DNA from: Candidatus Altimarinota bacterium
Lineage (GTDB): Bacteria; Patescibacteriota; Gracilibacteria; JBDHUY01
Assembly (NCBI GenBank): GCA_039809385.1
Contig: JBDHUY010000012.1
Location: forward strand, 1 to 64,000
Direction of reading: 5' to 3'
DNA length: 64,000 nucleotides
Shown: positions 48,215 through 58,809 of the stretch, in pieces
How the letters are laid out: every line of letters begins with the position of its first letter
Numbering within the stretch: position 1 is the first letter of the stretch
Notes under the pieces: generated by a model
The model's input: the letters and a program-made list of their open reading frames with translations, nothing else
The model's database searches: none
What the model was told of the DNA's origin: nothing
Translations under genes and position numbers: made by a program

Positions 48215-50035
48215 TTATTGCTTAAGTAATTTTAGTTTGTTATTGGCAAAGTTGAAAAGATTGTTAAAATTGTCTTTTGTTGGTTTTGTCAGAGAGATCT
48301 GTCTTTTTTCAAAAAGAAGCTGGTTTACTGCATAATTGAGATACTCTTTAACTTTTTTCGGACTATTCTTTTTGCATTCATCGTACGACCCTTTTCCAAA
48401 AATAGCTTCATAGATTTCTTGTTGATCGATAATATCGATTAGACCTTCGGTTGCTATCTTTTTATTGAATATATCATTTAGTGTGAATATCTTATCTTTT
48501 ACAAGAGGTCCAAATTCTTTAATGTAGCTGCTTTTTGATTTTACTCCATCATCACCATCGAGTAAAACTATGAAGTCTTTTCCCCACGCAAGGTATAATC
48601 TTATGATTTCATATAGTTTATCTTTCCCGCCTCCCGGATAGAAATTGAGTTTTTGGAGTCTTTTTAAAATAATCTGCTCGAAATATCGAAATGTATACCA
48701 ATCATTTTTCCCTTCTGTAATTACAATATTCGGAATTGGTTCAACTCTACTTGGTTGATATTCTAAACGATCAAGTATGGGTTGAAAGTACGAAATATTA
48801 TCATTTCCTATCCCTTTGCTTACATAAGTATAATATTTGATAGCGGTTATTCTTGCTTGATCTTCTGTATTTAGACTTCCTTGTAAAATTTCATTAGATA
48901 TGCTTTTATTGATACATATATATGCGCCAGACAACCATTTAGGGTTAATCAGGTGATGACTATGTGTTGAGTATACAACAAGTGAATTAGTACTTAATTC
49001 ATATATGGCCTCTAAAATCTTTGCCTGAGCGGACGAATGGAGATTTGAGGCTGGTTCGTCAAGTAGGAAAAGTATATTTTTACTTCTCTTTTTTCGGAAC
49101 TCTGTAAAAAGTAAAAAAGAAAAAAACCATTTAAATCCTTTGCTCCGCTCTCCAACTAAAAATTCTTTCTTTGCTTCTGTTCTGATTTTGAAAGAAATGT
49201 CGAGCTTCCCGTTGGAATATTCAGGATCAAGTTTGATTTCTTTGAAATTTACTTTATCTTTGCCAAAAAGATCTCCCCAACGTTTTGTTATTTTTTCGTC
49301 TAGTGATTTCTCCATTTGAGAAAGGCGATTGCTGGCTGCGTCTTTATCTGATTCCCAAACATTCACAACATGTTTTTGAAAACTCATCCTTTCATCCACA
49401 GATTTAAGTACATCATTCAAAACGAGTTGCCAGATTTTGTTGTTAGTATCATTAATTTCACTGGTTCCTTCTTCACTCTCTTTAATGAAATTTACTTTTT
49501 GAGGTATTTCTAAAACGAAGTCATCGAAGTATAAAATTTCAGGAATGATTTCTAATTTAATATACGAAATCAGTTCTTGCCAAGATTGTTTATCGGCTTG
49601 AGATAGTTCACGTTTTGCATTTTTCATTTTGATGGGAAATGTACACGTACGTCTCGTTTTTTTATATTCGTGAAGTTCATAATCGAAAATTACATCGTAC
49701 TTAAATTCTGGCGGGAATTCTAGTATACCTTTTTTTCCTAGAGTAGACTTCCAGTGATTATCTATCTTGTCTATGTCATCTTTTTCAAATAATAGGCTTG
49801 CACTGATCGTAATACCTCCGGTGAAGTTTATTCCTTTTGGGCGAAATTCATTTAATTGTTCATTGGATGGATCTTCGCTTTTTGTCATGCGATAAAATAA
49901 ATTCATTCCTTCCATAATAGAAGTTTTTCCACTTTCATTAAGCCCAACTAGAGTTATTATCCTATTGTTGATAAGCTCAATATTCACTTCATCTATTCCC
50001 TTAAAGTTTTTTATTATGAAAGATTGATAAATCAT
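48215..50035 (-). CDS. OLD-family ABC-ATPase + TOPRIM nuclease
   Basis: IKNFKG, GLNESGKT, RSKGF signature, LLDEP, STHS; TOPRIM ITEGKND...GGG...LLDGD. Confidence 0.85.
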   Translation of the reverse strand: MIYQSFIIKNFKGIDEVNIELINNRIITLVGLNESGKTSIMEGMNLFYRMTKSEDPSNEQLNEFRPKGINFTGGITISASLLFEKDDIDKIDNHWKSTLGKKGILEFPPEFKYDVIFDYELHEYKKTRRTCTFPIKMKNAKRELSQADKQSWQELISYIKLEIIPEILYFDDFVLEIPQKVNFIKESEEGTSEINDTNNKIWQLVLNDVLKSVDERMSFQKHVVNVWESDKDAASNRLSQMEKSLDEKITKRWGDLFGKDKVNFKEIKLDPEYSNGKLDISFKIRTEAKKEFLVGERSKGFKWFFSFLLFTEFRKKRSKNILFLLDEPASNLHSSAQAKILEAIYELSTNSLVVYSTHSHHLINPKWLSGAYICINKSISNEILQGSLNTEDQARITAIKYYTYVSKGIGNDNISYFQPILDRLEYQPSRVEPIPNIVITEGKNDWYTFRYFEQIILKRLQKLNFYPGGGKDKLYEIIRLYLAWGKDFIVLLDGDDGVKSKSSYIKEFGPLVKDKIFTLNDIFNKKIATEGLIDIIDQQEIYEAIFGKGSYDECKKNSPKKVKEYLNYAVNQLLFEKRQISLTKPTKDNFNNLFNFANNKLKLLKQ

Positions 50036-50195
50036 ATTGCTGCGAATTAGTTCGCCATAATTATGTTGTGATCTCACTATGTTTTTCAGAACTAGCAACT
50101 ATTGTAATAGCTTATCTATTAATATGCAAAACCCGATCCAACTCTCGGCGGCTTTGAATAGTACTTAGCCTTTTATTATGTATTAAACCTCTTCA

Positions 50196-50939
50196 CTAAC
50201 TATCGCACGCACACCCCGGCGCCTTATGACACGTATAACTCCTCGATATGCACGAATCCCCGCACGCCTTTCCTGTTGAACAGTACCTACAGCATACCTT
50301 TTCAGTGACAGGAGGAGCGGTGACAACCTCGGGTTCGGGGGGAGCTACGATTCTCGGAGGAGTCGATGGTTCGGGAACTGGCTGTGAGGAAGCAGAAGGT
50401 AACGATTCACACGCGCTTCCATCTTTATCTGCATCCAACCGGTGTACATCCTTTCCGGTCTGTTCCAGACAATACTCAAAAACTTCCCGGGCCTCCTCGT
50501 GCGAAGCAAAATCGGAGCAATCGTATTTCTCTCCGCTACAATCAAAGAGCGCTATCTCGGCAGGCTTATTTCCTTCATCCAAGACAATCGTGCTTGGAAC
50601 TTCCGCTGGCCTGGATTCGATAACGGTTACCGGGGCAGGCTGCGTTTCTTTTGAGGGCTCATACGTCGTTCCCGATGGCGTCTCCGCTGCAGTAGAATTT
50701 TCAACACTCAGCGCCTTTTCCGGCTCCGGCTGAGTCTTCACTGTTTTGGGTACGCGTACCTTGGGTTTACGTTCCGCCGGGGGAGCCGAATTGCTGTTCG
50801 GAGACGAGGAAAGAGCGTTCACATTTTCAGTCGTATTCAGCCGGGCCGAAAGGTTCCCTGAAGAAGCCGAACAACCCAAAATAGCCAGGCCTCCCAGTCC
50901 CAGCAAAAATGCTGCCAATATGGACAATCTCCTTTTCAT
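50196..50939 (-). CDS. Lipoprotein with Excalibur Ca-binding domain and Cys-rich C-terminal module
   Basis: ILGC lipobox; YDCSDF...DVHRLDADKDGSACE; CCRYCSTGKACGDSCIS...CHK..GCAC. Confidence 0.8.
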   Translation of the reverse strand: MKRRLSILAAFLLGLGGLAILGCSASSGNLSARLNTTENVNALSSSPNSNSAPPAERKPKVRVPKTVKTQPEPEKALSVENSTAAETPSGTTYEPSKETQPAPVTVIESRPAEVPSTIVLDEGNKPAEIALFDCSGEKYDCSDFASHEEAREVFEYCLEQTGKDVHRLDADKDGSACESLPSASSQPVPEPSTPPRIVAPPEPEVVTAPPVTEKVCCRYCSTGKACGDSCISRSYTCHKAPGCACDS

Positions 50940-51184
50940 ACGGGTATGGGTAATGTTCGCAACACCGCAAAAAAATTGTATGATATATCACTGTACCTTA
51001 CCTTTTCGTCTTACCAAAGGCTTTGCGGATAATATGTTTATAAAAAAAATTGCCGTTTTTGTATCGGTATATCTTTCACCATCTCACTCACAAACCTGCA
51101 ATCAGAAAAAAACTCGGGTCGTACTCATGGGGAAACGCTATCGCCGCTGCTCATTGTCTCTCAATGTCTACGCCAAACTATCAG

Positions 51185-51712
51185 TTATTTCGCCGCACTC
51201 TCGCATGCTACCCCGTTGTGATCGCTGTCCAGTTCGTGAATATCTTTCCCGGTCGTTTTCAGACAATAGTCGTATATATGTTGTGCCGTAGCGGGAGTGG
51301 AAAAATCCTCACAGTTGTAGATATCTGCGTTACAGACAATACCCGGATCGGATACTGCGGTCTTTTTTCCATAAGATTCATATCCGTACGAACCTGGCAG
51401 CAAAATGTCACGATCGTTATTATCCGTATTTCGACTACTTATGGGGACAATCTGCTGCATCGGTGTCGGCTGCCCGGCGGATGCGGTAGTGGTATTTTGT
51501 GGAGAAATGGCCATAGCTGACGGACGTACTTTAGGTTTGAGGTGCGGCGGGGTCCCGGGCGCAGCCGGTGGCGCGGTTGTCGATGATGGAGCCGTAACCG
51601 GCGTATTGAGCTGCGCGGACAAGTTATTGCCCGGATGGTAGAGTACCAGCAGTGCTGCCAGAATGATTGCCGTGGTTGCGCCCGTAATTGCTAACGCTCG
51701 TTTGGCTGACAT
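51185..51712 (-). CDS. Secreted Excalibur Ca-binding domain protein
   Basis: N-terminal TM; YNCEDF...DIHELDSDHNGVACE. Confidence 0.8.
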   Translation of the reverse strand: MSAKRALAITGATTAIILAALLVLYHPGNNLSAQLNTPVTAPSSTTAPPAAPGTPPHLKPKVRPSAMAISPQNTTTASAGQPTPMQQIVPISSRNTDNNDRDILLPGSYGYESYGKKTAVSDPGIVCNADIYNCEDFSTPATAQHIYDYCLKTTGKDIHELDSDHNGVACESAAK

Positions 51713-51887
51713 AAAGTTGTACGAAGAAATCATGAAAAATTCGCATGTGTTCATACTACTATACACTTTGTACAACAAAATGCCAAGCAGGAGCAGCTAA
51801 CAATTTCTTAAAAAAAATTGTCCGGCCGTCAGGTCGCTGTTTTGGGTTTGACAATCCGGCCGGACAGATCGTGTTATCCGGCAATAT

Positions 51888-52592
51888 TTATCCCAAATCC
51901 AGCTCGGCCGCTTCGGATCGAATCAGCTCGGCGATCTGTTCCGCTACGAATTCGGGGGTGTCTATCGGAGGAGCCGAGGTATTGTCTCTCTCTCTCAGGA
52001 AATCCGGCTCGGCTTTGGCCGAATTTTTCCCGAAATCGGTTGCCACTAATTTCGGGCGGATCAACGAGACGATAATGCCGTCTTTTTCCAATTCGGTCCG
52101 GGCGGTGAGCGACAGTGCGTTGAGCGCATACTTGGTTGAAGCATATCCTGCCAGGTTCGGATAATAGTTTCGGCTTACCATCGAACTGACGTTTACGATC
52201 ATTCCGCCGCCTTGCCTCCGCATGACGGGTATGACCGCCTGCATGGCTTGCAAAGCGCCCAAAACATTTAGTTCCCAGACAGCGCGATAATCGTCTATAT
52301 CCATGGCCTCGACCGTGGTCCATAATCCTTGTCCCGCATTGTTGATCAGGATATCGATGCGTCCGTATTGCTGTACGGTTTTTTCGACGAGATTTCGTAC
52401 GTCCCGGACTTCTCGCATGTCGGTAGGAACACTCCACGTTCCGGGGAGTTCCGCCTCGATTTCCCGCAGTTTTTCGGCCGAACGGGAAGCCAGTACGATC
52501 CGGCCTCCCTGGTTGGCCAGATGCTGTGCTGTGGCTTTGCCGATTCCCTGAGAAGCCCCGGTGATAACGATGATTTTTCCTGCAATGTCCAT
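51888..52592 (-). CDS. Short-chain dehydrogenase/reductase
   Basis: TGASQGIG, NNAG, NVSS, YASTK. Confidence 0.93.
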   Translation of the reverse strand: MDIAGKIIVITGASQGIGKATAQHLANQGGRIVLASRSAEKLREIEAELPGTWSVPTDMREVRDVRNLVEKTVQQYGRIDILINNAGQGLWTTVEAMDIDDYRAVWELNVLGALQAMQAVIPVMRRQGGGMIVNVSSMVSRNYYPNLAGYASTKYALNALSLTARTELEKDGIIVSLIRPKLVATDFGKNSAKAEPDFLRERDNTSAPPIDTPEFVAEQIAELIRSEAAELDLG

Positions 52593-52758
52593 ATAGCTGA
52601 CATAAAAAAATAAAATTTGTAGGGGGGATGAGGATGGTTTGTCGGATTTTTCCGCCGGAAATACCGACTTCCAAAGAAGTATGTGCCGGACGATTGACTT
52701 TATCCGGATCTCTTCTACACTGATCATAGTACTTCTTGGTTTCCAAAAGCAAGAAGGC

Positions 52759-52787
52759 ACCTAAAAGTACCATACTATCTTTTAGGT
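52759..52787. promoter_or_regulatory. Inverted repeat, probable HxlR operator
   Basis: ACCTAAAAG-N11-CTTTTAGGT between the divergent SDR and HxlR genes. Confidence 0.55.
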
Positions 52788-52802
52788 AACTATTGTTATC
52801 TT

Positions 52803-53165
52803 ATGCTTAAAAACGACGATCCGATTTTACAAAAAGAACGTTTCGTGCGCGAGATTCTCGAACGTGTCGCCGATAAATGGACATTATTGGTTATCGACGC
52901 GCTGGAGGAGGGAACGTTGCGTTTTTCCGCCTTGCAGCGCGCTATCGGCGATGTCAGTCAAAAGATGCTCACCAAAACGTTGCGCGAGCTGGAGCGCGAC
53001 GGGTTAGTGTTCCGGAAGGTTTACCCGGCTGTGCCTCCGCGGGTGGAATACCGTCTTACCCCATTGGGCAGGTCTTTGGGGGCAGCGGTGTGCGGTATCT
53101 GGCAGTGGGCCGAGCGTTCTATGGTCCGGGTTCAAAACGCCCGCCGGCGCTTTGACCGTACATGA
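52803..53165 (+). CDS. HxlR family winged-helix regulator
   Basis: DKWTLLVI, SQKMLTKTLRELERDG, VPPRVEYRLT. Confidence 0.93.
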   Translation: MLKNDDPILQKERFVREILERVADKWTLLVIDALEEGTLRFSALQRAIGDVSQKMLTKTLRELERDGLVFRKVYPAVPPRVEYRLTPLGRSLGAAVCGIWQWAERSMVRVQNARRRFDRT

Positions 53166-53179
53166 CTTGAGAAAAAACA

Positions 53180-54094
53180 CTATCCCCGTCTTTTATGAAA
53201 TAAGACACTCGATTGAGGACTAGAAACGAGGGTAACCTTTTTAGCGGCTTCGAGTAATTTTAGCGTGACGATTACATGTGAAATCTCGTATATATTATTG
53301 AATTTTATGTCGACATAATTGCATACATCGAAAAGTTCAAAGCCCTTCTTGTTGTCAAGTAGCTCCAGTAAATAATTCTCTAGGTCATCGTTGCTGATTC
53401 TTGGATGAACCGCCGTATACAGGACATAGGAACTTCTGGCTTCAGGCGGAAGGGATTCACTCATACTCTGGGGAAATATCGCACCGGTTTTGAGACAAAA
53501 AAGAAACTTCATGCCGTGTTCCAACGAAAAAATATTCAACGGTTGTAGCTGTGATTTTAAAGTTGCTATTTGTTGGGTTGGAGCAATCGTACCATCATCC
53601 TTAGGGTTTAAATCGCTTTTCTTCCTTGCCTTACCAATCCTCGTGGTTTTTACATCTCTCTTTGGAGTAACAGATATTTCTGGCATCGTTATATTCGCAT
53701 CGACAGAAACTATATTGGGGTCTAATAAAAGGGTTGCGATATATCTCTTTACGTCATTGCTTGTTTCTCGTAACAATACCTGTAGCGCTTGGGCAATCAA
53801 CAGATCCTGTTGATCTGCCAGTTTATTGCGTTCTTCCTCCTCTCTCTTTTCGCGCATTCTTCCGTGCACACCATCCAGTGTATTCTTAAAACCATTCTCG
53901 TCCAATTTCCCTAAAAGATTTGTGGCGAATTCCCGTTCGATTCCGTCCAGTACCGTAGCAAGTTTTTGCACACAAGCGATGATTCCGTCCCGAATCGCTG
54001 CGTGGTCCAGTATCTGATTCTTGGCGCGAGAATACATTTGTGCCACAAGTTCCGTGTGTAATCCTGAAACCTCGCTGTATGTGTGAATAGACAT
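53180..54094 (-). CDS. Hypothetical protein
   Basis: 304-aa ORF, no confident domain. Confidence 0.55.
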   Translation of the reverse strand: MSIHTYSEVSGLHTELVAQMYSRAKNQILDHAAIRDGIIACVQKLATVLDGIEREFATNLLGKLDENGFKNTLDGVHGRMREKREEEERNKLADQQDLLIAQALQVLLRETSNDVKRYIATLLLDPNIVSVDANITMPEISVTPKRDVKTTRIGKARKKSDLNPKDDGTIAPTQQIATLKSQLQPLNIFSLEHGMKFLFCLKTGAIFPQSMSESLPPEARSSYVLYTAVHPRISNDDLENYLLELLDNKKGFELFDVCNYVDIKFNNIYEISHVIVTLKLLEAAKKVTLVSSPQSSVLFHKRRG

Positions 54095-54169
54095 GTTCTT
54101 TTGAAAAAAATGTACAAGAAGTACTCCATTGTAGAAAATACCCCTCCACTGTCAACCGTAATTCTGCAA

Positions 54170-55507
54170 TTACCTTGATAAACAACGGTTATCCGGTTTT
54201 TTTCCCGAGTTTTGCAGCAAAGTTTTTCTGCTGTTTTCATATTGAACATACGTTTGTTGCAGATTTTCGTAGCACTGCATCCCTTCTACCCAATCGGGTG
54301 TTGTCTTGATCCCGCAGAGCGTTTTTATAGAAAGTGCGTGGCAGTAATCTATCAATTCTCCCAGGGTTGTCATCGCACCCAGTCGTGTTCTCAAGCATTC
54401 TCGCGCATATTCGGGAAAAGAGGCAAACAGGCGAGCGGTGATCGATACTATCTCGGTTTGGGCGAAAAAATCCGCCAGACGCTGCTCCAGGTATACATTG
54501 CCGAAGCGGCCGCTTTGGTAGGCAAAGCTTTGTTTCCCGCTTTTCTGTACTTCTTCAGGCAAGACCGGCGTTACTTTTATGCCGGTATCGTTCCACAGTA
54601 CGGTAATCGGATTAACACGCCAGGTACTTATATCGGCATCCAGCAGCCTGGAAACATCTTCTATGCTTTCTTGAAATCTTATCAGATCTTTGTCTATTGC
54701 TTCCAGATTTCCCGAAGTCGCTTTCAACATGGCTGCAGTATGCGGGTTATTCTGTGAAAAATTTTTCCAGGTCAAGTATGCCCAATCCAAGGCAATGCGA
54801 TTCCGGATACATATTTCCATCAAATTCTTTCTTTCTTCCGTAGGGCTAAAATGTAATTTGTACTTGTTAATCCAAAAAACGCACAATGCACTTTGTGCAT
54901 CTTCTTGCGTCAATAGTAGTACTTCTTCTTCCTGTAACGGATTATTTTTTAGAATGGGCTTTGTCAGGAATAAATCATTGTTATTCACGAGGAGTATCTG
55001 TCTCTTCTCCGGCTTCGCCCTAATTTCTTTTATGACAAAAATGAAGAGGTATTCCAGGTAGTCTCTATGGTTTTGTGCTATCATCCGATTTAACACTTCT
55101 TGTGTAATCCCGCGAATTTTTTCTTCGGTTTCGATCGACCACCGTATCAGCCGGAGCGTTTGTACATGAATATGCATTTGCAATAGATCCCGGACGGATA
55201 TTTTCTCGTCTTCACTATCTGTCGTACCGTTTGTCTGTGATTCCCCTAGTGTGGTTCGGATATGTGTTGCGATGTCATTGCAAATTTCCTGAAATTCCAG
55301 AAAAATCCACTCTATATCATTTGGCTTCCCCTCTATAATCAGGCCTTTTTTACACAATTCGAGGAGATACGTCGAATCCGATATTGATACTAATTTCAGC
55401 AACAATGATCGTTGGCATAAATTCTGGTACAAGACGTTACGAAGATCATATTCCTCATTTTTTTGGTACAAAATTGTCGGTGCCGTTGTGATGTCGGGCG
55501 CATTCAT
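54170..55507 (-). CDS. Hypothetical protein
   Basis: ~445-aa ORF, no confident domain. Confidence 0.55.
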   Translation of the reverse strand: MNAPDITTAPTILYQKNEEYDLRNVLYQNLCQRSLLLKLVSISDSTYLLELCKKGLIIEGKPNDIEWIFLEFQEICNDIATHIRTTLGESQTNGTTDSEDEKISVRDLLQMHIHVQTLRLIRWSIETEEKIRGITQEVLNRMIAQNHRDYLEYLFIFVIKEIRAKPEKRQILLVNNNDLFLTKPILKNNPLQEEEVLLLTQEDAQSALCVFWINKYKLHFSPTEERKNLMEICIRNRIALDWAYLTWKNFSQNNPHTAAMLKATSGNLEAIDKDLIRFQESIEDVSRLLDADISTWRVNPITVLWNDTGIKVTPVLPEEVQKSGKQSFAYQSGRFGNVYLEQRLADFFAQTEIVSITARLFASFPEYARECLRTRLGAMTTLGELIDYCHALSIKTLCGIKTTPDWVEGMQCYENLQQTYVQYENSRKTLLQNSGKKPDNRCLSR

Positions 55508-55654
55508 ACAACAAAAAGGTACAAATGCTAAGCACAGGTGAGTTACAGACACCTATCATACTAGAGTTTTTGAGACTTCTACGCAAGCGGGGAGACCGTA
55601 CAGGTTAAACGACAAATACCAAAGAAGAAAGCTCGCGTTTCCGGAATCCGGTCG

Positions 55655-56947
55655 TCAGGGAGTCAGGCGGTTGATCATGCGGGGGAACGGAATGGTCTCC
55701 CGTACATGGTGCAGACCGCATACCCATGCCACGATCCGTTCGAGTCCGTAGCCAAATCCGCTGTGCGGCACCGATCCGTATTTGCGCAAATCCAGATACC
55801 ACTGAAACGGTTCCACCGGTAAATTATGCTCTCGTATGCGCGAAAGGAGCGTATCGTGATCGTCCTCGCGCTGAGATCCTCCAATGATCTCGCCGTACCC
55901 TTCAGGAGCCAGCAGGTCACTATTGAGACATACCGACGGATTTTCGGAATCCCGCTTCATATAAAACGCTTTTACCTCGGCCGGATATTTTTCGACAAAA
56001 ATGGGCCGGTCGTATTTCTGAGTGAGTTTGGTTTCGTCGTCGGCCCCGAGGTCATCTTTTTCGCCGATATCCGAGCCCATACCCTGTAGTTCTTTTACCG
56101 CTTCGGCGTGCGTCATACGGATAAACGGTCCTCGTACTTTTTCTAAGGCTTCGATATTTCGTTCCAGCAATCCCAGCTCGTAGCGATTTTCGGTGAGTAC
56201 TTTATGCACGATCGCCAAAATCAGATCTTCCTGAATCTGCATATTCTGTGCATGTTCCACATACGCCGCTTCGGCATCCATCATCCAGAATTCGGTCAAA
56301 TGCCGCCGGGTTTTGGATTTCTCTGCCCGAAATACCGGTCCGAAATCGAAACAGCGTCCCAGTGAAAAAATGGCAGCCTCCAGATAGAGCTGACCCGACT
56401 GGGATAGATACGCTTTGGCCTCCTCGAAATAATCGATCTCGAACAATTCGGTCGTGCCTTCGCAGGCGTTGGGGGTCAAAATCGGAGAATCCAGCTTCGT
56501 AAAACCTTGACTGTTCAGATGTGCGTATGTGGCGTTGATAATCGTGTTTCTGATGCGCTGAATGGCCCACTGGCGCGGGCTTCTCAACCACAAGTGCCGC
56601 AGATCCAGCAAAAAATCGGGGCCGTGCTCCTTTTTGCCGATCGGGTATTCTTCACTGAGTTGTACAATCTTGAGGTCGCTGATTTGCAACTCGAATACGT
56701 CCGTTTTCTTAGGATGCTGTGTCACGGTTCCCGTTACCTCCAGAGAGGATTCAAGCGTCAAGCGCGTAGCCTGTTCCCATACGGTTGCCGAAACTTTGGT
56801 CTCTTCGATCACGCCCTGCGTAAAACCCGACCCGTCGCGTAGTTCCAGAAAATAAATTTTGCCGCTGCCGCGTTTGTTGTACATCCAGCCTTTGACGGTG
56901 ACGGTCTGTCCGACATGCTGGCCGAAATCTTTGATAAAGGTTTGCAT
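55655..56947 (-). CDS. asnS: Asparagine--tRNA ligase
   Basis: OB fold (LRDGSG), RHLWLR, YLSQSGQLYLE, FRAEKSKTRRHLTEFWM, PHSGFGYGLER. Confidence 0.95.
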   Translation of the reverse strand: MQTFIKDFGQHVGQTVTVKGWMYNKRGSGKIYFLELRDGSGFTQGVIEETKVSATVWEQATRLTLESSLEVTGTVTQHPKKTDVFELQISDLKIVQLSEEYPIGKKEHGPDFLLDLRHLWLRSPRQWAIQRIRNTIINATYAHLNSQGFTKLDSPILTPNACEGTTELFEIDYFEEAKAYLSQSGQLYLEAAIFSLGRCFDFGPVFRAEKSKTRRHLTEFWMMDAEAAYVEHAQNMQIQEDLILAIVHKVLTENRYELGLLERNIEALEKVRGPFIRMTHAEAVKELQGMGSDIGEKDDLGADDETKLTQKYDRPIFVEKYPAEVKAFYMKRDSENPSVCLNSDLLAPEGYGEIIGGSQREDDHDTLLSRIREHNLPVEPFQWYLDLRKYGSVPHSGFGYGLERIVAWVCGLHHVRETIPFPRMINRLTP

Positions 56948-57154
56948 AGAAAGAGTAAAAAAACAGCTCCAGTCTAGCAGAAAAAAATATAAAACAAAGC
57001 GGTTTCCTCCCAATTATCTTAATAACTCCCTTTTCCTGTCTTGTGTCCGGAACGTTCTCACGGTACAATGGATTTGTTCGTTTTTTATCATATTACCTTT
57101 ACCGTTGCGGGTATACCTGTATCGGTTTTTTATTTCCTTATTTTAATTCCGCTT

Positions 57155-57661
57155 ATGATGACTAATCGTGAATTTTTCCTTCATCATCTCAAGATAGAGA
57201 CACCGGCTACCATCAATGTGCTGAAGGCCGCCCTTGGCAATAATCTCGAGTATCGCCCGGATCCCAAAAGCAAGTCGGGTCTGGAAATGCTCAAACTCTT
57301 TGCCGGAGAGAGTGGCATGCTGGTAACCTTTATCGAACAAGGAATGGTGGATGTCGGACAGGAAATGGCTATGGATATGACTCCCGAAGAGCTGGTTTCC
57401 CTGTTTGAGAAAAACTGGATGATGTTTCAGGAAAAACTGAGTGAGGTCAGCGACGACGACTGGGAGAATAAAAAGATTTCCATGATGATGGGCGATAAAG
57501 AGGTCTATGCCGATACGATGGTAGGAATGTTGTGGATGCTGTTTCACGATATGATTCACCACCGCGGACAGTTTGCGGCGTATTTGCGCGCCATGGGGGG
57601 GAAAGTCCCTTCTATCTACGGTCCTTCGGCCGACGATCCGGGACCCATGGCAAATATGTAG
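57155..57661 (+). CDS. DinB family protein
   Basis: YRPDPKS, HDMIHHRGQFAAYLRAMGGKVPSIYGPSADD. Confidence 0.9.
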   Translation: MMTNREFFLHHLKIETPATINVLKAALGNNLEYRPDPKSKSGLEMLKLFAGESGMLVTFIEQGMVDVGQEMAMDMTPEELVSLFEKNWMMFQEKLSEVSDDDWENKKISMMMGDKEVYADTMVGMLWMLFHDMIHHRGQFAAYLRAMGGKVPSIYGPSADDPGPMANM

Positions 57662-57691
57662 TATAAAACTTTTCGGGTAACCATATGTATT

Positions 57692-57728
57692 GAAGGCACG
57701 AACTGATCCGGCCAGTTTGTGCCTTTTT
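57692..57728 (+). terminator. Intrinsic terminator after the DinB gene
   Basis: GAAGGCACGAACTG / CAGTTTGTGCCTTT hairpin plus T run. Confidence 0.7.
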
Positions 57729-57817
57729 CATGGTTGCGCCTTCGCGAATAGATTGATTTCTTGTTCGATTTGGGCTACATTTCAGGACGCGTATTTCCGG
57801 TTTGTCATTTTTTTCGT

Positions 57818-58204
57818 ATGATCGAATTTCATTTAACCGACGTCGAGGGAGCCCAATATCGCTTTCAGTTGAAACTCGAGGATCAAATCCTCAAGACGAC
57901 CGTCGAATTTTTGAGTAAAGATCCGGTTGAACAAAAAACGCTCGATCTGAGTACCGACTTGTCGATTCTCGAAATCGGCGAGCAATTTGGCATAGAATTA
58001 CCCTATTCCTGTCGCGCCGGAGCTTGTACTACGTGTCTTTGCAAAGTCGAACAAGGGAAGGACAATCTAAATCAAAATCTCTTGGGTGAACCTATTATCG
58101 ATCTGATGGAGGACGAATTTTTGAGCTGTATCGGCGGTTTTCAGAAAGATCTGCTTGAAGGAGAGGAAAAACATGTTGTGCGGGCTATATGGCAGAATAG
58201 CTAG
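57818..58204 (+). CDS. 2Fe-2S ferredoxin domain protein
   Basis: LPYSCRAGACTTC...LSC. Confidence 0.88.
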   Translation: MIEFHLTDVEGAQYRFQLKLEDQILKTTVEFLSKDPVEQKTLDLSTDLSILEIGEQFGIELPYSCRAGACTTCLCKVEQGKDNLNQNLLGEPIIDLMEDEFLSCIGGFQKDLLEGEEKHVVRAIWQNS

Positions 58205-58343
58205 GAAAAGCAGTTCCCAGTGAATCATAGTTATTTCCGATTTCTCGCGAATCGAAAAAATATCTACATTTGGATTGAGACGGTTCTTTTGTAAGAATGT
58301 CACCTGTTGTGGTATAGTATACAGATAGACCTTCTTTTTCTCT

Positions 58344-58763
58344 ATGAGCGACCAACCGATTCCACCAGCAGGACAAGCGCAAGGAGGCGTCCAGCCACCC
58401 AAACGATCCTTCACCATTCCGGAAGATGTAAAGACTAAATATCCCGACCTGATTGATCTGGTTTTGGGCAGTTCATCCATGAACGACGATGAGCGGCAAT
58501 ACTGGTTTTCGATTTTGCCAATCATGACCGATGAGCAAGTGCAACGATTGCGTGAAATTTTGCTAACCGAAAAACAGAAACTGGCTGAAATCGACGCCAA
58601 ATATCAAAAACAGCTTGATACGATCAACGATCAGCATTTAATCGAATGGCAGTCGATCAAATCAAAACAGCAAAAAGAAAATTTGCAAAAAGCCGAAACT
58701 ACTACGAAAAATGCCGAACAGGCCGAAGAACAGGCGTTGCTCAACGAGCTGGATCAGCTGTAA
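58344..58763 (+). CDS. Hypothetical helical/coiled-coil protein
   Basis: SMNDDERQYWFSILPIMT.EQ..RL.EIL; Q/E/K-rich tail. Confidence 0.7.
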   Translation: MSDQPIPPAGQAQGGVQPPKRSFTIPEDVKTKYPDLIDLVLGSSSMNDDERQYWFSILPIMTDEQVQRLREILLTEKQKLAEIDAKYQKQLDTINDQHLIEWQSIKSKQQKENLQKAETTTKNAEQAEEQALLNELDQL

Positions 58764-58809
58764 GGGAAAACTTACAGCTCATTCGCCGCGGTGCTCAAAT
58801 GTTGGTAGA

